The notes below the pieces were generated by a model. The model made no database searches. It was not told the origin of the DNA and saw only the letters and a program-made list of their open reading frames with translations. Positions 62,545 to 64,000 of a stretch of DNA of 64,000 bases are shown one piece after another. Made by a program: the position numbers and the translations under genes. Every line of letters starts with the position of its first letter. Within the stretch, counting starts at the first letter, position 1. The stretch is from positions 20,377,792 to 20,441,791 of the forward strand of contig NC_092382.1 of NCBI RefSeq assembly GCF_030028105.1, read 5' to 3'. This DNA is from Mobula birostris (taxonomy: Eukaryota).

Positions 62545-62975
62545 CACATAGTTAACAGCATTCTGAAAGACCCCACGCACCCCTCATACAAACTCTTCTC
62601 CCTCCTGCCATCTGGCAAAAGTCACCGAAGCATTCGGGCTCTCACGACCAGACTATGCAACCGTTTCTTTACCCAAGCCATCAGACTCCTCAATACCCAG
62701 AGTCTAGACTGACACCAACCTACTGCCCTCTACTGTGCCTATTGTCTTGTTTATTATTTATTGCAATGCCTGCACTGTTTTGTGCACTTTATGCAGTCCT
62801 GGGTAGGTCTGTAGTCCAGTGTATTTTTGTGTTGCTTTATGTGTTCCAGCCTAGTTTTTGTATTGTTTCCTTTTGCACCATGGTTCCGAAAACTTTGTCT
62901 CGTTTTTACTGTGTACTGTACCAGCAATTATGGTCGAAATAACAATAAAAACTGACTTTACTTGACTTGACTTGA
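62545..62975 (+). mobile_element. Rex/L2-type LINE 3' end
   Basis: ILKDPTHPSYKLFSLLPSGK..RSIRALTTRLCNRFFTQAIRLLN; (acttg)n tail. Confidence 0.85.
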
Positions 62976-63429
62976 AATGCTGACCATAATAAAATAATTA
63001 GTGATGAATGTTTTTGAATGGAATCAGTTTGTACAAAGACTACTCGAAATCACTGAGATCACTGTCAAATGCGCTGGCCGAGAATTAAAAGAGAACAACA
63101 GTAAGGACATTGGCATTTTATAATAGTGGAGTTCTAATTGTAGAATGACATCTGATACAGACATCGTTTGGCGGACAGTCAGAGGAGAGCGAATGATCAC
63201 GAGAATATTTTAACGATAGTATAGTACAAATCGAGATGCCTTTCCTTTCTTTTTGAATAAAATGCCAATGGAATTCAAGTAAGAATTCTAAACCTCAAAC
63301 GGAATTGCGCTATTCAGTCCATACAGCCAGCTACATTTTCTGCTGCACAATGTTATTCAGATGAATATTGTTTGAAATGACCACAGAATAAGAGAGTCGG
63401 GATTATAGTCACCATAATGTAACTTCTCT

Positions 63430-64000
63430 CAGGAGAAGACAGATAATGAGCCGTCTCTCTTTATCATTATTATAACCCAATTCTGAGAAAGCCTCAGAGT
63501 GACATTTGAAAAGCGAATGAAGGATTGTTTTAAATTACGTGAATTACCAGAGGAAAGGGCAGAGGTGGAACAATTCAGACATTTGCTCACAAATTCCGGT
63601 AATGCGGAGATGGAGCTGCAGCGGGACGAATGCCAGTGGTGAACCGTGAGGAAAGGATCACGGATTCCCTGGACACCCGGGGGTTTTAGAATAGACAGTC
63701 GGTTCTGGGAGAAGTGGGAAGGTTGGATGTTCTGTTCGATGACGTGGCAGGCACGTACGGAGCTGGGCGGTGCTGGGTGAGCGGTGACGTTGGCGGCTGG
63801 TTGATAGTCAGACCGGTTGTCTGCGAGAATAATCCGCACTTGGAAGTCAGATTGAATTCCGTTGCAAACACAAGGAGAGGAAGCAACTTGATTCAAAGCC
63901 GATATTTTCGAACGGAGGATGGAGCCACTGAAAGAAAGCAACGCTTCCAGAGGCAAAATATTAAACCTCGTTCATGAACTGATGTGAGCAACGGTTGAAC
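63430..64000 (+). mobile_element. Possible decayed CR1 ORF1 (esterase) region
   Basis: Weak resemblance to 29700-30060 (..tggtg..aggaaaggat..cggattccctggac..ttctgggagaagtgg). Confidence 0.3.

Noticed and set aside
61306-64000. Exon 1 of the 60487-61305 pseudogene
   Set aside because: No IYYP...(G/A)(V/I)P G|GT motif found; it is lost or lies beyond the window

Overview
Eukaryotic, repeat-dense vertebrate DNA. The repeat families (CR1 LINEs, V-SINE, Penelope pLTRs) and the receptor family point to a cartilaginous fish, probably a ray; this is inference. The only host genes are a tandem cluster of two-exon orphan class A GPCRs of the GPR139/GPR142-like type. Three have intact 7TM exons: A (311-1185 +), B (15812-16713 - with exon 1 at 17426-17495) and C (28320-29227 - with exon 1 at 38132-38387). 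Three are dead copies: 9097-10043, 60487-61305 and a TM7 relic near 54700-54890. The rest is mostly CR1, Rex1/Babar, R4/Dong, Penelope, Gypsy and class I ERV debris, minisatellites and one assembly gap. Most notable: (i) a birth-and-death receptor family with conserved cytoplasmic loops, variable extracellular loops and no TM6/TM7 prolines; (ii) a minisatellite born from TM5 coding sequence; (iii) a CNPase-like 2H phosphodiesterase region in ERV pol; (iv) minimal hammerhead ribozyme motifs in Penelope pLTRs; (v) gene C's promoter and exon 1 bracketed by inverted, highly similar CR1 copies. Repeat boundaries were read by eye and are approximate (tens of bp).
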